Of a stretch of DNA of 64,000 nt, positions 25,157-36,864 are shown piece after piece. This DNA is from Neovahlkampfia damariscottae (taxonomy: Eukaryota), in contig JABLTG010000003.1 in assembly GCA_016618085.1 (NCBI GenBank), forward strand, positions 248,001 to 312,000, written 5' to 3'. Every line of letters starts with the position of its first letter. Within the stretch, counting starts at the first letter, position 1. The notes under the pieces are model-generated. The model was not told the origin of the DNA, ran no database searches, and was given only the letters and a program-made list of their open reading frames with translations. Position numbers and translations under genes: made by a program.

Positions 25157-25813
25157 TTAAATTTTCCTGAAATAATGATAATCAATTTGCTCTTTTGAAT
25201 ATTTGTATTCTTCACCAAATTTACAACAATTTCGAATTGATAACCAATTTCCTGTTTTCAATGCTTCTTTCATTGCATTTTTCATGTTTTGTAAATCCTC
25301 TTTTGAACCTGGAAATTGTGTAATTTCATTAATTTCTTCAGGTGCATCTTCATCAAAAACTATGACACATCTCAATGCAATCCATGATCCAAATTTTGGA
25401 TGAACACACAATCCAATACTTTCTTCATTATATGCTAAACCTGAAACTTGACAAATTTTCTGCATTGAAATCACTTCACCATTGTCCATATCATGAGAGA
25501 ATTTTATTTTGGTTTTAAAATTTTGTAACTTCTTTTGAAGTGAAAAAAAAACAGTTTCAGTATATTTATCAAGTGGATTAGCTTCTTCTTGTAAATTTAA
25601 ATAATATTCTTTCATAAAAGGTTTCCAAATTTTTCTTGTATTTCCAAATAAAATACCAAGAGTATTTTCTTCTTTTCTGTGTGAAAATGTCTTCAATTTA
25701 TTTTTTGGATTTGAATACAATTGATTATATTTATTTACATTGAAAGGTTTGACCAAGTCAAATCCATATGGTTCTAAAAATTCTTCACAAAAATTCACTA
25801 ATTGTTTATTCAT
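25157..25813 (-). CDS. MMACHC: MMACHC/CblC-like cobalamin-processing protein
   Basis: YGFDLVKPFNVNKYN, TLGILFGNTR, NPLD, QVSGLAY and GLCVHPKFGSWIALRCVIVF. Confidence 0.85.
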   Translation of the reverse strand: MNKQLVNFCEEFLEPYGFDLVKPFNVNKYNQLYSNPKNKLKTFSHRKEENTLGILFGNTRKIWKPFMKEYYLNLQEEANPLDKYTETVFFSLQKKLQNFKTKIKFSHDMDNGEVISMQKICQVSGLAYNEESIGLCVHPKFGSWIALRCVIVFDEDAPEEINEITQFPGSKEDLQNMKNAMKEALKTGNWLSIRNCCKFGEEYKYSKEQIDYHYFRKI

Positions 25814-25846
25814 TCAAGATATTTTTTATTGGTCAATTCTTTTTCA
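25814..25846. promoter_or_regulatory. 33-bp divergent intergenic spacer with a single CCAAT box
   Basis: ATTGG at 25828-25832 lies between the MMACHC ATG (25813, minus) and the bL27m ATG (25847, plus). Confidence 0.65.
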
Positions 25847-26365
25847 ATGTTAAAAACAATTTGTAAATCCATTTCTTCACCTGTTCTATTTGATACCCAA
25901 AAAAGATACGCTACAAAATTATCTGGTGGTAGTGTTGGTGCTGATAAAAATGCAAAAGCAAAAAGATTAGGTTTAAAAGTTACAAACGGTCAAAAAATAA
26001 AATCAGGTGGAATTATAATGAGACAAAAAGGAAATAAAGTATGGCCTGGTTATAATGTAGGACAAGGAAAAGACTTTACATTATATGCTCTCAATGATGG
26101 TAAAGTTGAGTTTCACTATGATGAAATTTTTGGAAGAACTTATATAAATGTAGCTCAATCTTTGGAAGAAAGAAATATTAAAGGAATTCCAGTAAAAAGA
26201 ATTCCATTCACTCAAACATTCAAAATTCCAAAAATTAAAAATTTTCAAGTTCAATATGTTATTGATTCAGCAAATATTGCACAAAAAGGAAGAAAATTAA
26301 AATCACTCAGAAGAACACCATCTGATATTCGTGAACCAACAAGACAATCTTATCAAAAAGAATAA
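25847..26365 (+). CDS. MRPL27: Mitochondrial ribosomal protein bL27m
   Basis: Presequence followed by ATKLSGGS...KRLGLK...GIIMRQKG...PGYNVGQGKDFTLYAL.DGKVEF. Confidence 0.93.
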   Translation: MLKTICKSISSPVLFDTQKRYATKLSGGSVGADKNAKAKRLGLKVTNGQKIKSGGIIMRQKGNKVWPGYNVGQGKDFTLYALNDGKVEFHYDEIFGRTYINVAQSLEERNIKGIPVKRIPFTQTFKIPKIKNFQVQYVIDSANIAQKGRKLKSLRRTPSDIREPTRQSYQKE

Positions 26366-26370
26366 ATTTT

Positions 26371-27546
26371 TTATAAACGATAATTCTTATGAATGTGTAA
26401 CTTATTTCTTAAACGGACACATCTTTTGAAAGCTGTTTTTAAATGAAAACCTGCTTCCTCTAAAAATTTTACATCTAAATGACATGAATGATCTTCTGAA
26501 AAATAACCTATAATTCCATTTTCATTGAGTCTAAAACTTGAAGTTAAATTTTTTTTTTTTTTTTACATTAATTCAGGAGGTTTTAAATGGTTCTCTGTTG
26601 TACGGATTTTTGGTATTTGATTTGAAAAAGTAATTCCTCTGACGTTTATTTTTAATCTATTATCATCTAATGAGAAATCAAGTAAAACATCATTGCTTAA
26701 ACTTGGATGGAAGTTTTTTTGCATTTGAGCAATAGTTGTTGAATATGCTTTAGAATTAAAAACAGAATCACCAAATCTTAATTGTTCTGAGGATTGTTGA
26801 ATAGAAGACATACAATCTTGTGAATGTTAAATTGTTTTTTTTTTACCTTCCACAACTGCAAGAATTGAGTCTAAAGAGTTTTCATCAATTGATCTTATCT
26901 CAAATTCAGATATTTTTTGTACAGCACTTTCTGTAAAATTATGACATCTTTGTATCTAAAAAAAGAAGTTTGAGATGATGAAATTGTCAATTTACTTGTT
27001 GAATTACAATTGGATCTTCATTCATTATTTTAGTTTCAATTAACCTAATTGAATTGTTAAAAAAAAAAAAAAAAACATACTTTCCTTGATTATATTTTTG
27101 TAAGCGAATATTAATTTTCTAAACAAAAATGTACAATAAAAAAAACAAAAAAAATATTACTCCATTGATAATTTTATAACCTTGTAGATATATAAAACCT
27201 TTTGATGTTCTAAAAAAACCATTTTAATTTTTTCTTTTTTTTACTCGCCTATAACAAAACTCACATGTTCAAAAACTGCTCCACCATTTCCGACTTCACC
27301 AAAAAAGTCAGCATTAGTATGTCCACCTAATAAATTCAAAGCAAATTGTAATTCTGTTTTTATTGTTGTCCATTCAAATGGTACTATTTCTGTTAAGAAA
27401 TAATTTAATTCTTTTTTTAAGATTTTTAATTCTTCTTTGATTTCATCATCCATGGGTACTTCCTCAATATCATCTTCCTCCTCCTCATCGTATATATCTT
27501 CAATGTCTTCCTTTGGAAGATTTATTTGTGGTACAGTTTTGAACAT
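26371..27546 (-). CDS. ROGDI: Rogdi/Rav2-family protein (RAVE V-ATPase assembly)
   Basis: ELNYFLTEIVP, KGFIYLQGYKI, IQQIQRCHN, FHPSLSNDVLLDFSL and a C-terminal helix. Six short introns with micro-exons. Confidence 0.7.
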
Positions 27547-27596
27547 TCTAGTTGGTTTATTAATAATTGACCAATTACATTGTAACATGCTTTTTA

Positions 27597-29022
27597 ATGC
27601 AAACAAGTGTGATTTTATTTTTGTTCTTCCTTTTTACAGTAACAACTGGTTATATATTACCTGAGGTTACAAAATTAGCAACTGTCTCAAAGTTTCACAA
27701 TTCAAGATTGGCTGCCTTGCGAAAACCAAAACAAGTGATTTTTTTTTGTTTTAACATTTTTCAGGGTGTTTATTATTTTCAGACATCCAGTTATTTCTGG
27801 GAAGAGGAGTATTCAGAAAAGTTTGGTCTGATCAATTCTGTTTCATTGGAAGATACCATTAATTTGTGTAATTATTCAACAGATGTTTTGGAAAAAACTA
27901 GAAGAGAAGATTTTTTAAAAGTTGGTTTTTGTGAGAGATATTTTTGTAATTCAACTTATGATCAACTGACTATGAATGAAACAAAACAATTTTTGAACAA
28001 AAATCATGATGATATTCAATTGAGTATTTTGACAGTATGCAACGTTATTTTGTTTTTATTTTTGAAGTATTGTTTAGTATGTGAACAAACTATAAATGAT
28101 ACATTGTATGAAGTTTTAAAAATGATATAACAGGAAATGATAAGAAACATCAAATGAAAAAATATTTGAAGTTTTCTTTTTATTGAGACATCAAATTTTG
28201 ATAATGTTAATTTTTAGGACTGTCATTCCTTTTTTCTTTTCTCTGTTGGATTCTACTTTGCCATTAGGACTATTGTATTTGCTCAATTATTTGCTGGATG
28301 TTGTTGCTTTCTCATATTTTTTTATATCATTACATTATGGTAATTCAAATGTTTATTATTCATATTTAACGTATTAGGGCTCATTTTTATTCACAATCAA
28401 CTAATTTAGATCCAGATTTATCATTGAGGCACAAGTAAAAAAAACAATTGTTTATTAACATTATTGAAAGGATATTTTAATCATTTCAGTAATTTTATCG
28501 ATAATTGCAGTATGTATAGCAGCAGTTATCAATTTCGTGCAGGTTTATATTGAAGCAAAATATTTTACAATTGTTTATGGAATCATGTTTTTTGCATTTG
28601 ATTTCAGTAAGAAAATCTTTTCGATATTTTAAAATACCAGTATTTGTGATAATATTTTCTTTGATATCTATTGTCACCATTAGGATATCATTTACTCTAT
28701 CAAAGTCGACGAATTCAGATCCAGTATCAAAATTGATATATGTTACAAAGTTGAATTTACAAGATTAACTATAGCTCTATCTATTTGTATTGCTTTTGCT
28801 ATTGTGTCATTGACAGCATTTGGATTCACTGGAGTATTTGGAGGAATCTCTTCTATTTTTGGAAGGATAGTAGCTGAAAATATGGTTTACCTAGGAATAT
28901 CATCCTTTATTTATGTAACATTTGTTGGTTTAGGGAGTTGGAATGAGTGCCACCAGATATATTGCTGTTGTTGTATTCAAATAGTAAAAAAGTTCCAAAA
29001 GAGACCAAAACTATCACTTTGA
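27597..29022 (+). CDS. Signal-peptide, multi-pass membrane protein (possibly THH1/TOM1-like 7TM); exon structure partly unresolved
   Basis: Signal peptide and Cys-containing ectodomain, then several hydrophobic segments split by short GT-AG introns. Junctions in 28030-28220 could not be resolved uniquely. Confidence 0.55.
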
Positions 29023-29127
29023 TTCTGGGATGAACAAACAATTTTCAATCAGGATATTTCCTTCAGGAAAATTTTTTTTGAACAAATTTTGGTTTAGAAT
29101 GCGTTTCAATTGTCATGTATAACTTTC

Positions 29128-29246
29128 GCTTACGGCCATACTTAGGAGAATACACCGCATCCCGTCCGATTTGCGAAGTTAAGCTCCTACAGGCTCTCCT
29201 AGTACTAGGGTGGGAGACCACCTGGGAACCGGGAGTGTTGTAAGCT
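29128..29246 (+). rRNA. 5S rRNA gene, single dispersed copy
   Basis: 119-nt GC-rich island GCTTACGGCCATAC...CCCGTCCGAT...GAAGTTAAGC...TAGTACTAGG.TGGGAGACC.CCTGGGAA...GTGTTGTAAGC with complementary ends. T-run Pol III terminator at 29252-29257. Confidence 0.98.
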
Positions 29247-29297
29247 TTATCTTTTTTGCAAAAACAAGACGAATGCAGAAATTGAAATAAAATTTAT

Positions 29298-30488
29298 TTA
29301 AAAAAACTCCCAATGGGTCAGAGAGTAATCCCCCACAATCAAATCAGTATCATGATAATCTACACTAAATATTGGTGAATTGTTTTTTAAAGATTTTAGA
29401 ATCCTTCCGCTTTCTGTGTCAAAAATATTGATTGAAGTGTCATTTCCAGTTGAAATCAATTTTGAAGCATCACATTTGAAATTCCAAACAGAAGATGAAT
29501 AGTCTTCAGAAAAATCTTCTTCTGAGAGTGTTGATATATTCCACTCTTTGATATCATTTCCACCTGAAGTGAATATAGTATCTGATGACAAGAATTGAAC
29601 ACAAAATACTTTTTCTTTATGAGCTTGGTTAATTCTTAACAGTGGAGACTTCATGAATCGTAAATCATGCAAAATGACATTCTTATCAGCTGAACCAGAT
29701 AATAAAAAATTATCCTTGACATCAATAGCGAAAATTGAATCAGAATGTGGATATAATTGGTTGATGATTTTGTTGGTTTTAAAATCAATTTGAAATATTC
29801 CACCAGATTTTGAAGAGGCAATACAAGTCGAATCTAAATTAATAATTTTCCATAGTATTTCATTGAAGTTATTGATTAAACTTGAATATGATTTTTCAAG
29901 GTCCCAAGAACAGATCTTTCCTTCATTGCAACACGAGACTAATTTATCTTCATCAGTAGATGCTGAAATAGACCAAATACATTGTGTATGCTTTGATTTA
30001 CCATAGTTGTGATACTTTTTATTTTTGATATTCCAAGTTTTTAGTTCTGATGATTCTCCAGAAGACAAAACTCTTTCTCCGTTTTTAATGATTTTACAAG
30101 TTGATATAGCTCCAGTTGTATTGGAATTTGGAAATTCTGTTTTTTTAAAATTATCAAATTCACATTGAAAAATATTTTCAATTCTTTGTAGTTCCAAGTA
30201 TTCAGGTTTTACATTTGAAATTTTTTTTGGTTGTTTTTTCCATTTTATTTCAAATCTTTGATTCCAAATGGAACAAGAATTTCCTAAATACTGAAAAAGC
30301 TTACAACAACTACTTAATCTTCCAATTTCTAAATGTGAAGGAACAAATTCAAAAATGATGATGAGCAACTCTTCAGGCAGTATTAATAAGTTTGGTGAAT
30401 TTTTGATAATTTTTTCTTCCTCACAATCGTCAAAAGGATATATTCTTTTCAGTGTATCCAATCGTTCAATTGTTGAGTCTTGCTTCAT
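29298..30488 (-). CDS. F-box/WD40-repeat protein
   Basis: F-box LLILPEELLIIIFEFV followed by WD repeats (LKTWNI, ICSWDL, LLSGSADKNVILHD). Confidence 0.92.
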   Translation of the reverse strand: MKQDSTIERLDTLKRIYPFDDCEEEKIIKNSPNLLILPEELLIIIFEFVPSHLEIGRLSSCCKLFQYLGNSCSIWNQRFEIKWKKQPKKISNVKPEYLELQRIENIFQCEFDNFKKTEFPNSNTTGAISTCKIIKNGERVLSSGESSELKTWNIKNKKYHNYGKSKHTQCIWSISASTDEDKLVSCCNEGKICSWDLEKSYSSLINNFNEILWKIINLDSTCIASSKSGGIFQIDFKTNKIINQLYPHSDSIFAIDVKDNFLLSGSADKNVILHDLRFMKSPLLRINQAHKEKVFCVQFLSSDTIFTSGGNDIKEWNISTLSEEDFSEDYSSSVWNFKCDASKLISTGNDTSINIFDTESGRILKSLKNNSPIFSVDYHDTDLIVGDYSLTHWEFF

Positions 30489-30539
30489 TGAAGTTTAGTG
30501 AAAAACTATTGGTTCCTGAAACGAATAAAAACTCAAAAA

Positions 30540-31122
30540 CTAGGGTCTCATTTCAGACCAAAAGGTCTGGACAAATTTTACCTTTTTTTTATTTTCACTC
30601 GTTATCCTCTGAACTATTTTCATGCCCTCACAGACTCAACTCAGGTTTTTTGTCATTTGAAAAATTTAGTTACTTTCATACTTTTTGTTATCCATAATTT
30701 TTTTCTTGGTTGATCTCTGTTATTGGTCTTTCTGTATGGACCAAATTTATGGCTAATAAAAAGTACGAGTTGTGTTGAAAGAATAAATAAAATATAGTAA
30801 ATATAAATGTCTATTAGAAATTTTTTGCATGGAAAACTTCATAAATTGAAAAAAGAAATCATATCTTTTTCTCTTTCAGTTTTTGATGGACCTGCTTTAC
30901 TTCTTCGAAATAAAGACATTTTAAAGGATTTGAAATTAACTATAATAAAATTTTTGAAAGGAATAGAAAAATTAAACTAAAAGTTCCTCAATCTTTTTAA
31001 TTCATATACATCTTTGTTTTCAATAATCAAATTTAAATTATTTAAACTGGTGCATCTCGTTAACGCCATCCACATCCATTTTTCATCAACATGAGTTTGT
31101 CGTGTGTTGTTTTCAACACAGA
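30540..31122 (-). mobile_element. Candidate non-autonomous Helitron-like element
   Basis: Minus strand reads A|TC at 31123/31122-31121, then a Pif1-like helicase motif-VI tail (WMWMALTRCTSLNNLNLII), a 16-nt hairpin (30554-30569), a 10-nt spacer and CTAG|T at 30543-30540. The 5' boundary is tentative. Confidence 0.55.
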
Positions 31123-31178
31123 TTCTTATTGGCTGACAAAAAAAACTTAACCCAATCAAAATCAAAAAATTCCTGAAC

Positions 31179-32197
31179 ATGAACAAATACAGTTGGTTGT
31201 TGATTTTACTCAGTGCACTAGCATTTGTGAACTTATCTGTATGTGTACCTATCAGATGTGGTACAGTTTCCGTTAACGCTCTTGATTATGAACCATCTTT
31301 AGAAGAAGAAAAAACAATCTTAGATGCCTTTGACTTGGATCTCAATACAGTTGACTGTGGAGGCAAAGACGTTTGTACCCATGAATGTAAGTGTGGAAAA
31401 AGAATTTTCTACCATGACATTTTAAGTATTGCAACCAATGAAAAAGACAGAAGAATCCTTGGCAAGGCTTATCTCAAAGCTTGCATCAGAAGAAAATGGC
31501 AAAATGATGACGGCGGTGTTAGTTAAATATTCCATTAAATTAACTTTTAAAGACAAATGGTCTTCTTGCTAAACTCATGGAACTCTTGAAAGAAAAAGTT
31601 GATAAAGATGAAATTGAAAAAGTAAATTTGAAAAAAGATGACTGGGGAAAAATCAGAGAAGGTATTATGGATGGTGGAAAAAAGAATTATCCATGGCAAT
31701 TTCTTGTAATCGCTGCTGAACTACTTTTCACATATAAAAAAAACTGTGTGAAAAAAGGAGAATGGAGAAATCACATTGATCATGATATTGAAGACATTAT
31801 CAACTATGGGACTGATAAAATAAAAAAAAGATTCAAACAAAATGAATTCTTGAGAGATTACTTTCTTTATAAAATTAACAAATTAAAAGATATCAAAAAA
31901 AAAATGGAAGACTATTCAAAAGACTCAAAGAAAAAAAAAGTTTTTCAAAAGTTCACTTACATCTTCAATGAATATAAAAGATATTTTGAAAAACAAATTA
32001 TTAAAAAAGAGTATAGTCAAACTTATTGTAAATGCAAACATTTAAATAAGTATGGAGATGCTAAAAAAATCTTTGACAAATTGAAACTTGAAAAAATGGT
32101 TTCAAAAGCTTGTGATATTGAATGTGCATCCCCTGAAGTAATCAAAAAATCATCAAGAAAAAATTCACTTTCAACTGCTCGTGAAGAAGATTTCTAG
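31179..32197 (+). CDS. Secreted Cys/Lys-rich orphan protein (327 aa)
   Basis: Signal peptide MNKYSWLLILLSALAFVNLSVC. A phase-0 35-nt intron (31518-31552) joins ORFs 31179 and 31577 in frame. Confidence 0.8.
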
Positions 32198-32368
32198 TGT
32201 ATAATGAATAAAAATTGTTTTTACACCCTTCTTGATTGTGGATATTATTACTTTTGTTTATACACGAATTTATACCAAATAAAAATAACCAATAATAATA
32301 CCAACCACCAGTACATTTAATCTAAAAATATAAACAATTTTATTGGTTAATTCTTTGTTTGGGAGGAA

Positions 32369-33667
32369 ATGGAAATGGAAAATTTTTTTGAAGAATCCAT
32401 TTTCACAGATGAAGAAATAATAATAATCAACAAAGAAACACAAAAAGAAGAAATTCTGAAAGTACATCGAGTTGTATTGTCATCTAGAAGTCCTGTTTTT
32501 TATAACACTTTTAAATTCAAAGATTGGGGTGAAAAAGATGAGAAAATGATAAAAATAGAAATAGAAACCACAATTGATATCTTTAAATCCTTTATTTCTT
32601 TAATTTATTCACAAAACTTTACAAAAGTTAATGAAGAGAATATTTTATTTTTTGTTCAATTGGCAAATCAATTTGAATGCAAAGAAATCAAAAATTACTG
32701 TTTAGATAAAATAATTGACTACATTAACTTTGAAAACTCCTTTCAAATTTTGTCAATTTTTTCAAACATCAATATTAAACATGATGGATTGTTAAATTTT
32801 ATTGCAAATCATCTTGAAGATTGCTTTGAACATTCAGATGTATCATTATTAGATGAAGATAATTTTAGTGAAATATTACAGTTGGAATATGTTTATATTT
32901 CAGAATCTGATTTAATGTATCTCATTTTCAATTGGATGAAAGTTCATAATACCAAAGGAGATAATTTGTTCAAATTTATTCAAAAGGACTTAATTGATGA
33001 TTCATTTCTTTTGAAAACATTAAAAGGAATAAAAACAGTGAAAATCCATAGAATGCCAATTTTATTTAAAGTTGATGTAATTGAAGGAGGAATCGATTAT
33101 TATACACAAGACAAAAAAATGAAGTTCTTAAATAATGGAGTGACTTGTTCAAAATTTGATAATTTACAAGTTTTGAATTTTAGCAATGGGGGTTTTATTG
33201 AAATTCCGCATTGTGAAAGTTTGGATTCTCTTTCTGATTGTTTGACTTTTATGATTTGGATTTATCCATTTTATTCACAAGGAAATAGACTTTTATGTAA
33301 AGCAACTGCAGGAACAAGAGATTGTTTTACTTTTGATATTTATCCCAATAATAGTTTAAGATTCATTGCTAAATCTGTTCACAAAAGTGTTCCTGAAAAT
33401 ATTCCTTCATATCAATGGACTTTTGTTGCAGTTTCTAGTTCAAAAATAGATGGAACTACAATGTTTGTTAATGATAAAGTTGTTTTTCGTGACAAGAACC
33501 CAACATTGATGTTGAAGACAAAGAACCCTTTGATGATTGGTGCTTGTTCAAATAGAAATAATAATTTCAATGGCTACATGAAATACATCCAAGTATGCAA
33601 TGACTCACTTCCAAAAACTTCGATCATGAACATTTATAAAAAACAAAAAAAAGAATTTCAAAAATAA
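32369..33667 (+). CDS. BTB/POZ-BACK protein with C-terminal LamG/concanavalin-like domain
   Basis: LKVHRVVLSSRSPVF (BTB), ISESDLMYLIFNW (BACK), and LTFMIWIYP...QWTFVAV...PLMIG...FNGYM (LamG). Confidence 0.88.
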   Translation: MEMENFFEESIFTDEEIIIINKETQKEEILKVHRVVLSSRSPVFYNTFKFKDWGEKDEKMIKIEIETTIDIFKSFISLIYSQNFTKVNEENILFFVQLANQFECKEIKNYCLDKIIDYINFENSFQILSIFSNINIKHDGLLNFIANHLEDCFEHSDVSLLDEDNFSEILQLEYVYISESDLMYLIFNWMKVHNTKGDNLFKFIQKDLIDDSFLLKTLKGIKTVKIHRMPILFKVDVIEGGIDYYTQDKKMKFLNNGVTCSKFDNLQVLNFSNGGFIEIPHCESLDSLSDCLTFMIWIYPFYSQGNRLLCKATAGTRDCFTFDIYPNNSLRFIAKSVHKSVPENIPSYQWTFVAVSSSKIDGTTMFVNDKVVFRDKNPTLMLKTKNPLMIGACSNRNNNFNGYMKYIQVCNDSLPKTSIMNIYKKQKKEFQK

Positions 33668-33694
33668 AATGTCAGAAGATGTCTTTTGAAAAAT

Positions 33695-36283
33695 TTATTT
33701 TGTAACAAAATTGAATACTTTTGAAACTTGGATCGTCTTTCTAATTTCATTTAAATTCAACTTCAATTTCTTGAATATCTCACTATTCTTCACAAGTTCC
33801 AAAACTTCATCATTCGACAAATCTGTTGGTATTTTCAACATTCCTTTGAATTTTCCATTCACTTGGATCACTAAATTTTTAATTTCTGCTTTTTTAATAT
33901 TTTCATTGAATTGAGGAAATTCACAATCTTCAATTTTTTTCTCTGTCAATTTCCCAAACATCCTCCTTGAAAAAGATGGAGTAAAAGGAAACATCAAAAT
34001 CAATAATTTTTCTAAATATTCTTTCAATTCCAAATCATTCATAAATTTAGTTTCTTTTTCTTCCCAGATTAAATTTACATATTTATGAAATTGAGAAACA
34101 CAAATATTAATTTCAAAATTATTCAAATTATGATTGATACTTTTAATGATTTCATTCAAATTTTGAATCAAAAAATTGAAATCATTTTTTGATTCTTTTT
34201 CAATTTTTTCAGTTGAATTTTCAATCAAAGTTTCTAATTTTTTCAAAAATCTTGATATTATTAATGTTGATTTTTTTACCTTAATTGACCAATCACTTGC
34301 GATTCGTCCCATTCAAGATCTTTCTCAACAGGAGCTTTGAATAAAATATATAATCTAATAGCATCAGCACCATATTGATTAATCATTGCCTTTAAAAATG
34401 ATTATTTCGATGATTTTGATTCTTACTTCAGGATCTACTCCATTTCCTTTTGATTTTGACATTTTTTCCCAAACTAAATCTAATTTTTCATTTGTTTTTA
34501 CATCAAAAAATTCACCATTGATTTCTTTAAAATCTTCTTTTTTGACATAATATTTGTTTGTATTTTTATTTTTTAATGATTTTCCTAAAACCATTCCTTG
34601 TGTCAATAATTTATTAAATGGTTCTTTTGGACCTTTGAATAGATCAATTGAATGAAGGAATTTATGAATAAATCTTGCATACAAAAGATGTAATACAGCA
34701 TGTTCAATACCACCAACATAAACATCTACATTCATCCATTTGTTTATTAACTGAGAATCAAAAATTCTAAAATTAAAAAAATTGAAAAATCTTACTTTTC
34801 AGAGTTTAGAGGATCAATGAATCTCAAAAAATACCAAGATGAATCAACAAATGTGTCCATTGTGTCAGTTTCTCTTTTACATTTCACACCTTTTCCACAA
34901 GGACATTCCATGTTTAAATCACTATCAAGAAGTATTGGTAAACTTTCTTCCTTCACTGGGAGAATACCACATTCTGGGCAATCAACCATTGGAATTGGAG
35001 CACCCCAATGCCTTTGTCTTGAAATTAACCAATCTCGAATTCTGAATTCAGTTTTTGATTTTCCCATTTTAATTTTTTCTAAATGCTTTATGATTGCTTC
35101 TCTGGCTTCCAGACATTCCATTCCATTGAATTCTTCACTGTTAATTATTTTACCTTCAGCTTCTGTATAGCATTCGGATTTAGTATCTAAAACTTTAATC
35201 ATTGGTATATTATGTTTTGTTGCAAATTGAAAATCTCTTTCATCTGAACTTGGTACACCCATAACACATCCTTCACCAAATTCGGAAATTACATAATCAG
35301 CAACAAATACGGGAATTTTAGAATTGGTCAATGGATGTATTACATCAATTCCTGTATAATATTCTCCTTCTTTTTGATTTCCTTTTACTAAAGGATGATC
35401 TTTTGAAATTGCCAAATAAGTAACACCATAAATAGTTTCAGCTCTTGTGGTGTAAATTTGAATGATTTCATTTTGAAGTTTGAAATAGATTAAGCATCCT
35501 TTTGACTCACCAATCCAATTTTCTTGCATTTTTTTAACATTTTCTGGCCATTGATCCAAATCTTCAGTGTTCAATAATTCCTGAAAATTTGAAATGAATT
35601 ATTATCATTTTTACCTTCGCAAAATGTCTAATATTAAAGAACCATTGGTTTAAATTCTTTTTTTCAACTGTTGCACCTGATCTCCAACTTTTTCCATTTG
35701 CATCAACTTGCTCATTTGCCAAAACCTTTTTGTTAAAAATCATTTTTCAATACTGTGTTATCAACAGGATCCCAATTAACTTCAGCTAATTTTTTATAAG
35801 CATAACCATGTTTATATAATTGAAGAAAAATCCATTGTGTCCATTTATAATATTCAGGAGAGCATGTTATAATCTCTTTACTCCAATCAAAATCTAAATC
35901 AATCATTTTTAATTGATTTCTCATATAATCTATATTTGAATATGTCCATTCTGATGCTTTTATATCTATTCAAAATTATAAATTCAAAAAAGTTCAAACT
36001 TCGCTCTATAGCTGCATTTTCTGCAGGTAAACCAAATGCGTCAAAACCCATTGGATGTAATACTTCATATCCAGATAATTTCTTCCATCTTGAGATTAGA
36101 TCACTTATTGCATAGACTCTAACATGACCCATGTGGATAGAACCACTTTATTATTTTTTAGTTTTTATTTTCTGTTTACGATGGATATGGAAACATGCTC
36201 AAACAATAAAACTTTTGTTTCTCTGTTATATTAGTTGAAAACAGCTTTATGATTTTTTTTATTTTTTGTTTTTGCTTCAACAT
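33695..36283 (-). CDS. LARS2: Mitochondrial (bacterial-type) leucyl-tRNA synthetase
   Basis: [58 protein letters not shown] and KMSKS. Seven introns. Confidence 0.97.
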
Positions 36284-36330
36284 GTGAAGTTTGAAATTTT
36301 TCGATTGGCGGATTAATTTAACAAATAAAA
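36284..36330. promoter_or_regulatory. 47-bp divergent spacer with CCAAT box
   Basis: GATTGG at 36303-36308 lies between the LeuRS and TMEM14 start codons. Confidence 0.6.
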
Positions 36331-36693
36331 ATGTCTCACCATACTTCTTATACCATGGCTGGATTGATGACTGGTTTGTTGTTTTTGAATTTATTATGTT
36401 AAAATCTATTTTAAATAGGAGCTGGAATCATGGCTTATATTAAAGCAAAATCAGTTCCTAGTTTACTTGGTAGTTTGGTTATCGCTTGCGGATATGCTGC
36501 TGGTGGTTATTTAACACATGAAAAATATGAATATGAATTAGGACATGGTATTTCTGCAGCTTCTTCACTTGCTTTAACTGCTGTTGGATTTTCAAGATAC
36601 ACTAAAACTAAAAAAAAAATGCCTGGTGTTCCATTGATGATGTTAGGTGCTGCAAATTTATTAGGAGAATTATATTTTTTATTTAGAAAATAA
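36331..36693 (+). CDS. TMEM14-family small membrane protein
   Basis: GIMAYIKAKSVPSLLGS...RYTKTKKKMPG. One intron after codon 14. Confidence 0.9.
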
Positions 36694-36864
36694 ACCAATT
36701 ATCAGAACCAAAAACTTGACGAAAAAATTTTTAATTTTTTTTTTTGTATTCAAATTAGTTTAAATTACAAACAATAATAGTTACTAGCACCAAAATTCTA
36801 TTTTTTAATTTTCTTGTCAATTTCAAAATTGATTCTTTTTGCTGAATTCTGATTGGATTCTCAA

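Noticed and set aside
29107..29112. CAATTG upstream of both Pol III genes (also 49600-49605)
   Set aside because: The hexamer is common throughout the window and the spacings differ; two examples are not enough.
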